Of a stretch of 64,000 nt of DNA, positions 1 to 10,034 are shown one piece after another (position 1 is the stretch's first letter; the number at the start of each line of letters is the position of its first letter). Origin of the DNA: a bacterium (GTDB lineage: Bacteria; Electryoneota; Electryoneia; Electryoneales; Electryoneaceae); the NCBI GenBank assembly GCA_963675295.2, contig CAXXKJ010000002.1:4288001-4352000 (forward strand). The letters run 5' to 3'. Below the pieces are notes generated by a model. The model saw only the letters and a program-made list of their open reading frames with translations. It had not been told where the DNA came from and did no database searches. Both the position numbers and the translations under genes were made by a program.

Positions 1-1
1 T

Positions 2-1120
2 GATCACCAATTCTACAGCTTCGGCAAGCTCCCGGACGGCAGCTTCAACCCCGAGCGGACGATCCTCCCGGCGACAGTCGCGTGGTTCAACTCCGTTGAC
101 CCCTCGCACATGAACCCGGTGCTGGACGCTTACGCGTCCGATGAATTCACCACCGACTGGGGCGTCTCGATTCTCAGCACGCAGTCTGAGCACTACAATC
201 CGCGTGCGTACCATGGCGGAGCGGTGTGGCCGTTGTTCACCGGCTGGGCCAGCCTCGCGGAATACAAGTACGGGCGTCCGCTGTCCGGCTTCACCCACAT
301 CTGGGAAAACATGGCGGTGAAGCACCATTGGTCCCTGGGCTATGTCGAGGAGGTACTGCACGGGGAAGAGTACAAGCCGTACGGGGTCTGCCCGCACCAG
401 TGCTGGTCGGAAACCAACATCGCGCAGCCGACGCTGGCGGGCATGCTCGGCTGGGCACCGGACGCGACCCTCGGTTTCGCCCGCCTCGCACCGCAATTCC
501 CGGCGGACTGGGACACAGTCACCGTGCGCAACCTGCGCGTCGGAGACAGCCGTTTCGACCTGCGCATGGAACGCCGTCTCGACTCCAGTTCCTTCCCTGG
601 CGAACAGTGGCTGACGACGTGGACGTTCACCCTTACGCATGGCCACGCATTCATCCTCGAATTTGCGCCCGGGTTTGCTCCGGGAACGTCGCTGGACTGG
701 GCACGCCTTGGCGGGGCGGGCGTGGAGCTGATCGACGAACTGGAAAAAGGTGTGCTCGCAACCCCGATCACGGTGGATGTGAACGGCGAGATGACGCTCC
801 AGATCGCGACACGTGGCGGGCTCTCCATGCTGCCCGTGACACCGACACCGCAACCGGGCGAACAATCACGCGGAAACCGGATCATCCGTCAGTGGGTAGA
901 CTCGGAAAACCGGTATCATGTGCTGCTCGAGGGACGCTCCGGCCAAACCGGCAGCTTCCGGCTGCGCAGTTTTGCCGAACGTGCGGAGCTTCGCTGTGAG
1001 GGCGGAACCGTGTCGCCGAACCGCTCGAGCGACGGCGGGCTGCACGAGTTACGGGTCAGATTCCCGTCCTCCGCGGACACGTTTTCCCGCCGGGAGGTCG
1101 TGATCACTGCCATGCGCTGA
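2..1120 (+). CDS. Glycoside hydrolase, amylo-alpha-1,6-glucosidase/GDE-like (alpha/alpha)6 C-terminal part (5'-truncated by window)
   Basis: Frame open from position 2; motifs YHGGAVWP and CPHQCWS typical of GDE_C-like hydrolases. Confidence 0.7.
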   Translation, partial: DHQFYSFGKLPDGSFNPERTILPATVAWFNSVDPSHMNPVLDAYASDEFTTDWGVSILSTQSEHYNPRAYHGGAVWPLFTGWASLAEYKYGRPLSGFTHIWENMAVKHHWSLGYVEEVLHGEEYKPYGVCPHQCWSETNIAQPTLAGMLGWAPDATLGFARLAPQFPADWDTVTVRNLRVGDSRFDLRMERRLDSSSFPGEQWLTTWTFTLTHGHAFILEFAPGFAPGTSLDWARLGGAGVELIDELEKGVLATPITVDVNGEMTLQIATRGGLSMLPVTPTPQPGEQSRGNRIIRQWVDSENRYHVLLEGRSGQTGSFRLRSFAERAELRCEGGTVSPNRSSDGGLHELRVRFPSSADTFSRREVVITAMR

Positions 1121-1246
1121 GGGCTCGCAACATTCTGCCCGGTTCACCATCCAACCTGAGAGCACGTTCATTCTGTGCTCATGGAACGCGTGTACTCTGT
1201 TCCGCGTAGCACTCCAAACCCCCGATCACTTGCAGAACTGAGGACC

Positions 1247-2032
1247 ATGAGTACAAATACACCGACAACCAGGATCCAGCGCACCTTGAACGGGCGCTAC
1301 ATTGACGCGTTGACGATTGACTTCTGGGCGACGATTGGCCGTGACGCGCAGGTCACCGAACGCCGCCAGTTGCGCCGCGACTTGCTCAAGCCGTGGTTCG
1401 CCGAGTACGGTGTCGAGCTGAACGATGACGAAGTGTACGACCTGTTGCAGAAGCACGCGGCGGCGTGGCGCGAGTCCTGGCTCAAGAAGCAGTACACTCC
1501 GACGGCGCGGGATGCTGTCGACTGGCTCTGCGGCGAACTGAAGATCAATCCGCCAGAAGCCGAACGCGACACGATGGCGCAGCGCATCGACGACACGCTG
1601 AAGGATTTCCCGCCGGTACCGGTGGATGGCGCGATCGAAGCGATCCGCAAGCTCGGTGAGGAATTCCCGTTGGCGCTGATCTGCGACACCGGTCTCTCCG
1701 GTGGCCGCAACATTGCTGGCATGCTCGAGGCCTGGGGTATCCGGGATCTGTTTACGACGCTGGTGTTCTCGGACGCCGTCGGCGTGTCAAAACCGCACCC
1801 GAAGATGTTCCACACGGCCAGCGAGGGACTGAGCGTGCCACGCAACCGCCTGGTACACATCGGCGACCGTGAGGACACCGACATCAAGGGCGCCAAGAGT
1901 TTCGGCATGGCTGCGATCCGTTTCGACGGTGCCCGTCTCGAGGCGCAGTGCGGTCCGTGCTCGATGGCGGACAAGGTTGTCGACACCTGGGAAGAGATCG
2001 TCGGCATCCTGCTCGGCGGCGACAGCGAGTAG
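1247..2032 (+). CDS. HAD-superfamily hydrolase
   Basis: DFWATI (motif I variant), KPHP, HIGDREDTDI.GA motifs; ATG at 1247 after GAGG. Confidence 0.85.
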   Translation: MSTNTPTTRIQRTLNGRYIDALTIDFWATIGRDAQVTERRQLRRDLLKPWFAEYGVELNDDEVYDLLQKHAAAWRESWLKKQYTPTARDAVDWLCGELKINPPEAERDTMAQRIDDTLKDFPPVPVDGAIEAIRKLGEEFPLALICDTGLSGGRNIAGMLEAWGIRDLFTTLVFSDAVGVSKPHPKMFHTASEGLSVPRNRLVHIGDREDTDIKGAKSFGMAAIRFDGARLEAQCGPCSMADKVVDTWEEIVGILLGGDSE

Positions 2033-2066
2033 CATGCTGTCTGCTTGGAACGAGAAGCGTGCTGTC

Positions 2067-2106
2067 TGCTCCGATAGTATGCTCTATGCTCCGATAGTAT
2101 GCTCTG
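2067..2106. repeat. 20-bp tandem duplication (TGCTCCGATAGTATGCTCT[A/G]) x2
   Basis: Read directly from sequence. Confidence 0.85.
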
Positions 2107-2303
2107 TGCCCCGACCGTGAATACCGGTTGGGAAGCTTCGTACAGCGCACCCACTTCCGAAGTATGAATTCCACGGGACATGTTCAAACGAACGTGTCCC
2201 GTTTTTCCTTACCCGTCGGCCCCAAAGGAATTCCCTGTTTCCCATGACGGTCCGAGTTTCGTATCCTCAGGCCAACCAGTTCCGTTTGTTCCCGGGGGTC
2301 CGA

Positions 2304-3851
2304 ATGACACCAGCAGCCAACTCGTTTCGAGCGTCCCGATGGATTATCCTCATCCTGCTCGTCGCCGCGATTCTGCGCATCTGGGGCCTGAACGCGCATT
2401 CGCTCGAGCATGACGAACTCAGCAGCTGGCGCCGTGCAAACTACCCGACCCTCGCCGAATCGCTGGAAAAGGGCATTCTGGTTGACAATCACCCGCCGTT
2501 ATGGCCCGTGCTGCAGTTTTACAACATGAAGCTGGTCGGCGAGGAACCGTGGCAACTGCGCTGGCATTCGGCCCTGTTCGGCCTGCTCTCGGTGTGGATG
2601 GCATTCCTGATCGGGAAACGGCTGTACGGCACCAACCACGCCCTCGCGGTCGCCGGGATGATGGCGGTGCTCTGGGCACCGGTGTATTACAGCAACGAAG
2701 CCCGGATGTACAGCCTGCTTGTGCTGAACGTGCTGCTCAGCATGCACGCCTGGCTGCTGGTCAACGCCCGCTTCCGTGACAAACAGCCGGTGCCGTTCGT
2801 CAACGGCCTCTACCTCTTTGCGGCGTCCTCGCTAACGGTTTACACCCACTTTTTCGGCATCCTCTTCATCGCGCTGCTCGGCTTCAGCAGCGGGCTGTAC
2901 CTGCTGTTCAGCGGACGCGCGAAACGCATCCTCACCCTGCTGGCGATCTTCGTGCCGGTGGTGCTGGTGTTCCTGCCGTATGTGCCGTACGTGCTCGCCG
3001 CGACCGGCCGTGAGTGGATCGCCGACCCGCCGAGTCTGATCTGGTACCCGCGTTTTCTCGCGTGGTTGATGAACAAGAGCTGGCTGCTGATTGTCCCGGT
3101 TGGCCTGATCTTCGGCGCGGCGTTGTGGTTCGTGATTCGGGATGCCCGCGCCCGGAAACGCGGTGTATCAACGCCCGAGGTCCGCCGTCTCAGCGACTCC
3201 GACTGGATCGTACTCGCGTGGATGCTCGGTCCGTACCTCGCGGCAGCAGTGCAATCGTACCTGTCGACACCGGTGGTTTTCGAACGCAACCTGCTGGTTT
3301 CGATGCCGGGCGTCTACCTCGGCTTCACCCGCGCTGTCGAGATGCTCGTGCCCGAGCCGTCAAAATACCGTCGCGCGATGCTTGTGATCGTACTGATATT
3401 CCTCGCGCACACCCTGTTCATCAACCGTTACCACACCACCCCGCAACGGCACCAGTTCCGTGAGGCGGGGGCGTTGGTCGCGGAGCGCATGGCGGACGCC
3501 AACCCCGACTCGGTGATGGTGATCGGCAGCCGTGGTTTCCCCGATTATTTCAACTATTACCTTGAACGCTACCACAGCCCGGTGCTGGTCGAATTCTCGA
3601 CGCACGACCTGTTCCCGGCGGACACCCTCGCGCCGATCTTCGACAGTCTGCAAGCGAACGGTGAGCTGCCGCCGACGGTGGTGCAGATGATCCGTGACGA
3701 CTCGTTCAAACGCAACGACGAAGAGTGGTTCGCGGGCTATGGGTATCACGTGACGTGGTACGAGCGGCTGCACAAGATGCATGTCTGGCGGTATGATCTG
3801 GAACGGGATTCGACTGTGGATCGCCCACCCAGCGGAACACTTGAGCCCTGA
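2304..3851 (+). CDS. GT-C fold membrane glycosyltransferase (ArnT/PMT, GT39/GT83-like)
   Basis: SLEHDE, HPPL, EARMYSL motifs; many hydrophobic helices; start could also be 2244. Confidence 0.8.
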   Translation: MTPAANSFRASRWIILILLVAAILRIWGLNAHSLEHDELSSWRRANYPTLAESLEKGILVDNHPPLWPVLQFYNMKLVGEEPWQLRWHSALFGLLSVWMAFLIGKRLYGTNHALAVAGMMAVLWAPVYYSNEARMYSLLVLNVLLSMHAWLLVNARFRDKQPVPFVNGLYLFAASSLTVYTHFFGILFIALLGFSSGLYLLFSGRAKRILTLLAIFVPVVLVFLPYVPYVLAATGREWIADPPSLIWYPRFLAWLMNKSWLLIVPVGLIFGAALWFVIRDARARKRGVSTPEVRRLSDSDWIVLAWMLGPYLAAAVQSYLSTPVVFERNLLVSMPGVYLGFTRAVEMLVPEPSKYRRAMLVIVLIFLAHTLFINRYHTTPQRHQFREAGALVAERMADANPDSVMVIGSRGFPDYFNYYLERYHSPVLVEFSTHDLFPADTLAPIFDSLQANGELPPTVVQMIRDDSFKRNDEEWFAGYGYHVTWYERLHKMHVWRYDLERDSTVDRPPSGTLEP

Positions 3852-4085
3852 TGTGGCCCTGCACGGCGTAGTGTGCCCGTGTGTACCGTGCCCCCATGTA
3901 GCGTGCCCCTGATGGCTCCGCCAGCAGGGATGATCCTCCTGCGGATGACCCCTGCTGACCAAGTCCGCAGGGGCACATCTCCCCTACCGAATCCCATAGC
4001 CCACAGCCCACCGCCCACTCCATCTCCGTGAGACCCGAAGTACCATCTACCCCAAGTCGGGCCACCCGCACCCCTATCTTCGGCC

Positions 4086-5897
4086 ATGGCGTTCGATGAT
4101 GATCTGATCCGGCGGGTACGCGAATCCACGGACATCGTGGAGATCGTGAGCGAATATGTCTCGTTGAAAAAACGCGGGCGGGTGAACTGGTTTGGCCTGT
4201 CGCCGTTTGTCGACGAAAAGACGCCGTCGTTCTCTGTCCACGAGGAGCGGCAGATCTTCCACGACTTTTCGTCCGGCGAGGGCGGCAATGTCTTCACCTT
4301 CATCATGAAGATGGAGGGGATCAGCTTCCCGGAAGCGGTCCGGCGTCTGGCGCAACGCGCGCACATCCAGGTCGAGGACGAACGCGGCCGCAAGCCCTCC
4401 GGCGAAACCGACGCTATCTACCACGCCAACGAACTTGCAGCCAAGTACTACCGTCACCATTTGCTCGAGGGCAGCGGCCCCGACTCGCAGTTCGCACGCG
4501 ACTATCTCGAGCAGCGCGGCATCACCGCGGAGCTGAGCGAAAAGTTCAAGCTCGGCCTGTCGCCGCCGGAGTGGGACGGTCTGCTCGCCGTCGCCCGCCG
4601 CCGCAAGCACAAGGACTTCATCCTCGAGAAGGCCGGGCTGATCCGTCGCAGCGAACGCACCGGCAATTACTACGACTATTTCCGTGGCAGGCTGATGTTC
4701 CCGATCCTCAACGCCGGCGCGCAGGTGGTCGGGTTTGGCGGACGGATTCTGCGTGACGACCCGGAGAAACGCGAGCCGAAGTACATCAATACGCAGGAGA
4801 CGCCGGTCTATCACAAGGGCCGCCTGGTGTACGGTCTCACGCAGGCGCGTGGCGCGATGCGGCAGCAGGGCACCGCCGTGTTTGTCGAGGGCTACACGGA
4901 CGTGATCGCCATGCACGGCGGCGGCTTCGACCACACCGTCGCCGGGTTGGGTACCGCGTTGACCTCAGATCAGGCGTCGCTGGTGAAACGGTTCGCGCGC
5001 AAGGTGGTGTTGCTGTACGATTCCGATGCCGCTGGGAATATTGCCGCCAACCGTGGCGCGGACGTTCTCGCCGGATCGGGGCTGGATGTGCGGGTCGCGT
5101 TGATGCCAGCGGGGGACGATCCGGACACGTTGATCCGTGACCAGGGCGCGGACGCGATGACCGCCACGCTCGAAAATGCGATGCCGCTGGTCGATTTCAA
5201 GATCGACTACTTCCGCCGCCAGGGTGCGTTGGACACCCCGCAAGGCAAGGCCGAAGCCGCACGTGCGATTCTTGACACGTTGACCCGCATCGACGACGAG
5301 ATCACCCGCCAGATGGCGATGAAGGACGCCGCAATCAAGCTCGGGGTCGAGGAACGCGTGCTCGCGCGTGAGCTGCAACGCACCAGCAACAAGAGTTCCG
5401 GACGCGCTCGTGCGGTGCGTGAGGAAGAAAAGAAACCGCTCAGCGGGGATGAGAAGCTGCTGCGTGACATGCTGCGTGTCCTCGTTCACCACCCCGACCG
5501 TCGCAGCGAAGTGTTCGCGTTCTTCCGTTCCGCCGACCTCGGCGACCACCGCCTGCGGCCCGTTTTCGAAGCGTTGGAAGCTGCGCACATCGAGGGCCAG
5601 CCGATCACCGAAGCCGACCTCTACGACCGCTTCGCGGAACAGGACCACCTGATCAAGTTCATCGGCTCGATTCTGAACAAGACCGCGCCGGATGAGGGCG
5701 ATTTTGTCGGCCGCATCATTGAGGATGCGCCGGACGTATTCCGCATGCGGGAGATCGAAAACGAACTGTCGGAACTGCGGCAACGCGGCCAACAGGGAGT
5801 TTCCAGCGACGACGACCTTCGCCGCCGGCAGGAATTGCGGATGGAACTGGTCGAGTTGAAGAAGAAGCGCGCGCAGATCGAGAAGCCGTACAAATAG
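4086..5897 (+). CDS. dnaG: DNA primase
   Basis: FRGRLMFPI, GFGGR, PKYINT, EGYTDVI, YDSDAAG, DPD TOPRIM motifs; N-terminal domain lacks CHC2 zinc ligands. Confidence 0.97.
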   Translation: MAFDDDLIRRVRESTDIVEIVSEYVSLKKRGRVNWFGLSPFVDEKTPSFSVHEERQIFHDFSSGEGGNVFTFIMKMEGISFPEAVRRLAQRAHIQVEDERGRKPSGETDAIYHANELAAKYYRHHLLEGSGPDSQFARDYLEQRGITAELSEKFKLGLSPPEWDGLLAVARRRKHKDFILEKAGLIRRSERTGNYYDYFRGRLMFPILNAGAQVVGFGGRILRDDPEKREPKYINTQETPVYHKGRLVYGLTQARGAMRQQGTAVFVEGYTDVIAMHGGGFDHTVAGLGTALTSDQASLVKRFARKVVLLYDSDAAGNIAANRGADVLAGSGLDVRVALMPAGDDPDTLIRDQGADAMTATLENAMPLVDFKIDYFRRQGALDTPQGKAEAARAILDTLTRIDDEITRQMAMKDAAIKLGVEERVLARELQRTSNKSSGRARAVREEEKKPLSGDEKLLRDMLRVLVHHPDRRSEVFAFFRSADLGDHRLRPVFEALEAAHIEGQPITEADLYDRFAEQDHLIKFIGSILNKTAPDEGDFVGRIIEDAPDVFRMREIENELSELRQRGQQGVSSDDDLRRRQELRMELVELKKKRAQIEKPYK

Positions 5898-5944
5898 AGA
5901 AGGAAAACCCAAGCACGAATGCTTGGGCTGGGTGGACAGTAGTG

Positions 5945-6160
5945 TCAGTCTTTTCGTTCTCTCGAACGTGGGATTGTCTTCGTCACCAGTTCTTGAGCTG
6001 CATCCTTACCGAGCTCCTGAACCGGATCTGAACCGCCGAGAAGACCAAGCGTTAGAGCTTTCAATGCCTTGTCTGTGCCTCGACGAATCGATCGGCCAAG
6101 CATGTCATCATTGGTGCGATAGGCGTTTTTTTCGTCTTCATCACTTGCAAAGATGCCCAT
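5945..6160 (-). CDS. Small hypothetical protein (71 aa)
   Basis: GGAGGG RBS 7 nt before ATG; fills the gap between dnaG and the next gene. Confidence 0.5.
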   Translation of the reverse strand: MGIFASDEDEKNAYRTNDDMLGRSIRRGTDKALKALTLGLLGGSDPVQELGKDAAQELVTKTIPRSRERKD

Positions 6161-6306
6161 GTCCAAACCCTCCAGCTATGTTGCTGCCCGGCTATTAAAA
6201 GTAATAATTAAGATTGCTACAGGCGATCATTAATCGACAAACAGTGAAATTCTCTTGGAGCATAGTAGTATAGCAGTCGTTAGTTTTTGCAAGGAATCTG
6301 AGATAC

Positions 6307-6777
6307 ATGGCAGGTTTTATTCTCAGCGACGAGGAAAAAGCGCTGGTGCGGGCCGCCCTGCAGCAGGCGTTCGCGCTGCCTGATTCACTCTCGGAAGAGG
6401 ACCACGTCAAGCGCGTGCTGCGTATCCGGAACCAGTTGGAAGCGGATGTGCTGAAGCTGACCGACTACCGGATCAAGACGCGTCCGTGGTTGATCGGCGG
6501 CTGGATTGTGACCTCGTTGCTGGGGCTCGCGGTGATCGGGCTGGCGTTGTGGCGGGCATTCGTGCGCTATGAGTCCCCGGTGCCGGCGTTGGACGATCCG
6601 ATGGCGTTCCTGCTCTGGTTCGGGATCGCGTTTCTCGTCGCCTGGCTGCCGGTGCTGATCGCGTGGCTGCGGGCACGGTCGATCCGGATCCGCTACGAAA
6701 CCAGCGAAGTACCGGATACCGGCCCGGCCCTGACCGCGTTCGACGTGGCAATTGTGCGACGGTTCGTTCGGTCGTAG
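6307..6777 (+). CDS. Hypothetical membrane protein (2 TM helices)
   Basis: Two hydrophobic segments; host-like codon usage. Confidence 0.65.
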   Translation: MAGFILSDEEKALVRAALQQAFALPDSLSEEDHVKRVLRIRNQLEADVLKLTDYRIKTRPWLIGGWIVTSLLGLAVIGLALWRAFVRYESPVPALDDPMAFLLWFGIAFLVAWLPVLIAWLRARSIRIRYETSEVPDTGPALTAFDVAIVRRFVRS

Positions 6778-6984
6778 ACCATCGCCCCCCTGTATCTCCT
6801 GGCTTTCTCGCGGTTTATCACCAACCGGCTCTTCCACCAACACTCTGTCACAAGTCTTGAACAGACAAAGACTTAACTCCTCTATCTCCGCTGATAGAAG
6901 GCGTCTCCTTCACTAGAGCAGAAAATCCATAAAACAACTGTTCTCACTTGCATTGGCCAGCTACAAATCCGATACTTCGCTTAT

Positions 6985-7000
6985 GTTAGGGAAACCGAAC
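6985..7000. promoter_or_regulatory. Palindromic operator GTTAGG-GAAA-CCGAAC just downstream of a TTGCAT-N17-GATACT promoter-like element (6948-6976)
   Basis: Matches a motif repeated about 11 times in intergenic DNA of this window. Confidence 0.7.
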
Positions 7001-7043
7001 TTTATAAGTATCAGGCATGGGGGCTTTAACAGGGGACAGAAAG

Positions 7044-9157
7044 ATGAAGGGCATGCGAATCGCGTTTGTTGTACTGCTGTGTGTAATAGTAGCCGGCAGT
7101 GTGTACGCTGAGTGGGAGTTCTTGAACGGTCCGGAAGGCGGCACGATTGAGAAGCTGTTCTACGCGTCTGATGGAACCGTGTATGCGATTTCGGGATCGG
7201 CAGGGATCTTCTATTCGATGGATGACGGGGCATCCTGGTACGCCACGTCCTACACCGGTCCGGAACCAGCGGTTGTTTCCGAATCGCCGTCCGGTCGGAT
7301 GTCATGGTCGATCGTTTCAATCCAGACGTGTTTTATTCGGACGATCATTTCATGACCATCGAGACCATGGACGGTCCGGCTGGCGGTGCCTTGGAGTCAG
7401 TGTATGCGTTCAGCGATGATATTGTCCTGGCTGCGGGCCGAGGTGGTGGAACGCTCGCCTTTTATCGTACTACGGATGGTGGTGGTTCCTGGAATTCAGT
7501 GTTGAATGCAGGCTTCATCGGGTTCGATCCGATTTACACACCGGGGAATGGCGGATTGTTTGTCGGCTTTGAAATCGGGTACAATCTTCAGTTTACCGGC
7601 AATCAGGGTGAATCGTTCACGCAGAAAGCAGACCCTGATGGCAATCCCGGGATGGTTTTCCTGCTGGCGACCGATCAGGACAACCTGGTCGCTGGACGCG
7701 GGATGAACATCTTCCGCAGCACCGACGCTGGTGATTCTTGGACCGAGGTATATGAACAGGCGGATGGTCTGCTCATGGGTGGCGATGTTGGTCCTGACGG
7801 TACGTTGTATGCGCGGCATACGGGCGGTACGAACGCGTATTCCTCCGATGACGGCCAGACCTGGACGACGGTGCAGGACAACTACGACATTTTTGAAGCC
7901 ACGAACGATATCTGTGTCACCGACGGCAACTTCATCATGGCTGGCGGACGCGGTTGCTTCGTCCGGGATGGGGTTGGCGACGACTGGATGGTGAGCAACT
8001 CCGGTCTTGTTGCCTCGACAGTAGGGTCGGTGATTGCGTCCTCGACGGGGCACGTCGCGGCGGGCACCGCCGGTGGATTCTTCCACACGATGGCTCCGAA
8101 CGGGACCTGGACCGCACGTGACGAACCAGCGAACACGGTTGGCATGAACCAGAACGGCACCATGTTCGCCGGCAGCCTCAACCAGCTGGTGGTCTCGACG
8201 GACAACGGCGCAACCTGGACCAGCGCAACCGGCATTCCGGAAGCCACGGTCCGTTTTGTCCTCTTCGAAAGCCCAGGCTCGTACATGTTCGCCAACGTAC
8301 AGGGAACCATCCCGCTCGGGTTGTACCGGTCGGCCGATAACGGTGACAACTGGTCACAGCTCACCGACTGGTTTGTCAACGACATCGCGGTGGCGGCGAA
8401 CGGCGACATGTATGTCGTCACCACCACCGAAGGCTTCGGCATTTCCACCGACAACGGCGACAGCTGGAGCTGGCCACACGCACAGTTCAACCAGTTTGAG
8501 GTGGAACTCGGCCCGGATGGCCAGATTTATCGCGCAACCAGCGAAAGCACTGATATCTCCACGGATGGCGGAAGCTCGTGGACCGACATCAGCAGCAATG
8601 CTCTGCCGGACGGTGTCGATTTTGTGAACATGACCGTCAACGCGCTTGGCGTGACCGGTGACGGCACCATTTTCATGGACATGGACTGGTACAGCAGTTG
8701 GCCGGAGTTGGTCACTGGCGGCGCTGTATACATTTCGGATGACGAAGGGCAGTCGTGGGAAGCGATCAACGGCTGGCGTGCTACCAGCTTCAACCACGGG
8801 GCCGACGGGTATTTGTACGCCGGTACCTCGCAGGGTGTGATGCGCATCATGAGCGGTGCGGATGTGGCTGAGGCCGACATCCTGCAACCGTCGGAGTATA
8901 CCCTGCGGCAGAACTACCCGAATCCGTTCAATCCGTCCACGTCGATTTCGTTCTCCTTGCAGCAGCCGGGCCACACGCAGCTGGTGGTTTACAACCTGAC
9001 CGGCCAGCGCGTGGCGACGCTCTACGACGGCCAGCTCAGCGCCGGATTGCACTCTGCACGGTTTGATGCGGCAGGCCTCGCCAGCGGGGTCTACCTGTAC
9101 CAGCTTTCACAGGATGGACAGCCCGCTCTTACGCGGAGGATGATGTTGCTGAAATAG
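7044..9157 (+). pseudogene. Secreted BNR/Asp-box beta-propeller protein with T9SS-type CTD, split by a 1-nt frameshift near 7299
   Basis: ORF 7017-7355 has the signal peptide and first SxDxGxSW box; ORF 7304-9157 continues the boxes and ends in the YPNPFNP CTD; adding one base at GGT CGG AT^GTC ATG joins them. Confidence 0.75.
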
Positions 9158-9305
9158 CCGGAGTTGTGCGCAGATCAAGAACGTGCAGTTTTCAATTACC
9201 CCGGTCGAATCTCTGAATTGATCGGGGCAGGTTGGTTTTAAACCTGCACGCGTTTATCTTCGGTATCCTTCTCACGGACGGTTAACCAGATCCGGCCAAG
9301 AACGA

Positions 9306-9692
9306 ATGACGTTTTCCATTCAGAACATCGTTGCGGTTGCGTTGGCGGGTGCCGCGGGCACCTTGCTTCGGTATGGCCTTGCTGGCTGGGTCGAACGCAT
9401 GTCTGCGCCCGGATTTCCGTGGGGAACGTTAACCGTCAACCTCGTCGGCTGCTTCCTCGCGGGCTTGCTGGTAACCTGGATCGGGCTGCGCGCGTCAGTG
9501 GACCCGACCTTGCGTACCGCGATCCTCGTCGGTTTCCTCGGAGCGTTCACCACCTTCTCGACGTTTATCGTCGACGCGAACACGTTGCTGAAGACGGCGT
9601 CCTGGATGCAGGCGGGAGCCTATGTGTTGCTGCAGAACGGCGTCGGGCTGCTGGCGTTGGCCGGCGGGATCGCGATTGCGCGGTTTTTGTGA
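9306..9692 (+). CDS. crcB: Fluoride channel Fluc/CrcB
   Basis: PWGTLTVN and GFLGAFTTFSTF signatures. Confidence 0.93.
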   Translation: MTFSIQNIVAVALAGAAGTLLRYGLAGWVERMSAPGFPWGTLTVNLVGCFLAGLLVTWIGLRASVDPTLRTAILVGFLGAFTTFSTFIVDANTLLKTASWMQAGAYVLLQNGVGLLALAGGIAIARFL

Positions 9693-9720
9693 GTCCTCAG
9701 TCCTGAAGCTTAAACGAAAC

Positions 9721-9865
9721 ATGCCCCAGACATTCAGGTCTGGGATCAGCCGCCCGTTAAACAATACTGCCGCTGTGCCTGTTCGGACCTGCCCTCGGGC
9801 TTCAGCCCGGGATTTGCTGTGGATCAGTGAACCACAGGACCACGCCCTCGGACTTCAGTCCGGGA
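9721..9865. repeat. Cluster of REP-like hairpins (GCCCCAGACATTCAGGTCTGGG; GCCCTCGGGCTTCAGCCCGGG-type x2)
   Basis: Related copies at 58090, 58144, 59715 and 61631. Confidence 0.8.
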
Positions 9866-10034
9866 TTATCCGGACGAGCTCGCTTGCCGATGCCCGCGGG
9901 AGCTTCTTTTCGCTACCGCAGCTGATCCGACAGGCTACATGATCAGTATCACGTCCGCGTCAGCAAGCTGACACGGGCACATCTTAGGGTTTGTCTTTAA
10001 CTCATCACTCACAACTCACAACTCACCACTCGAA

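Noticed and set aside
9157-9305. Canonical fluoride riboswitch
   Set aside because: Conserved GGCGATGG...GCTGATGAC core not found
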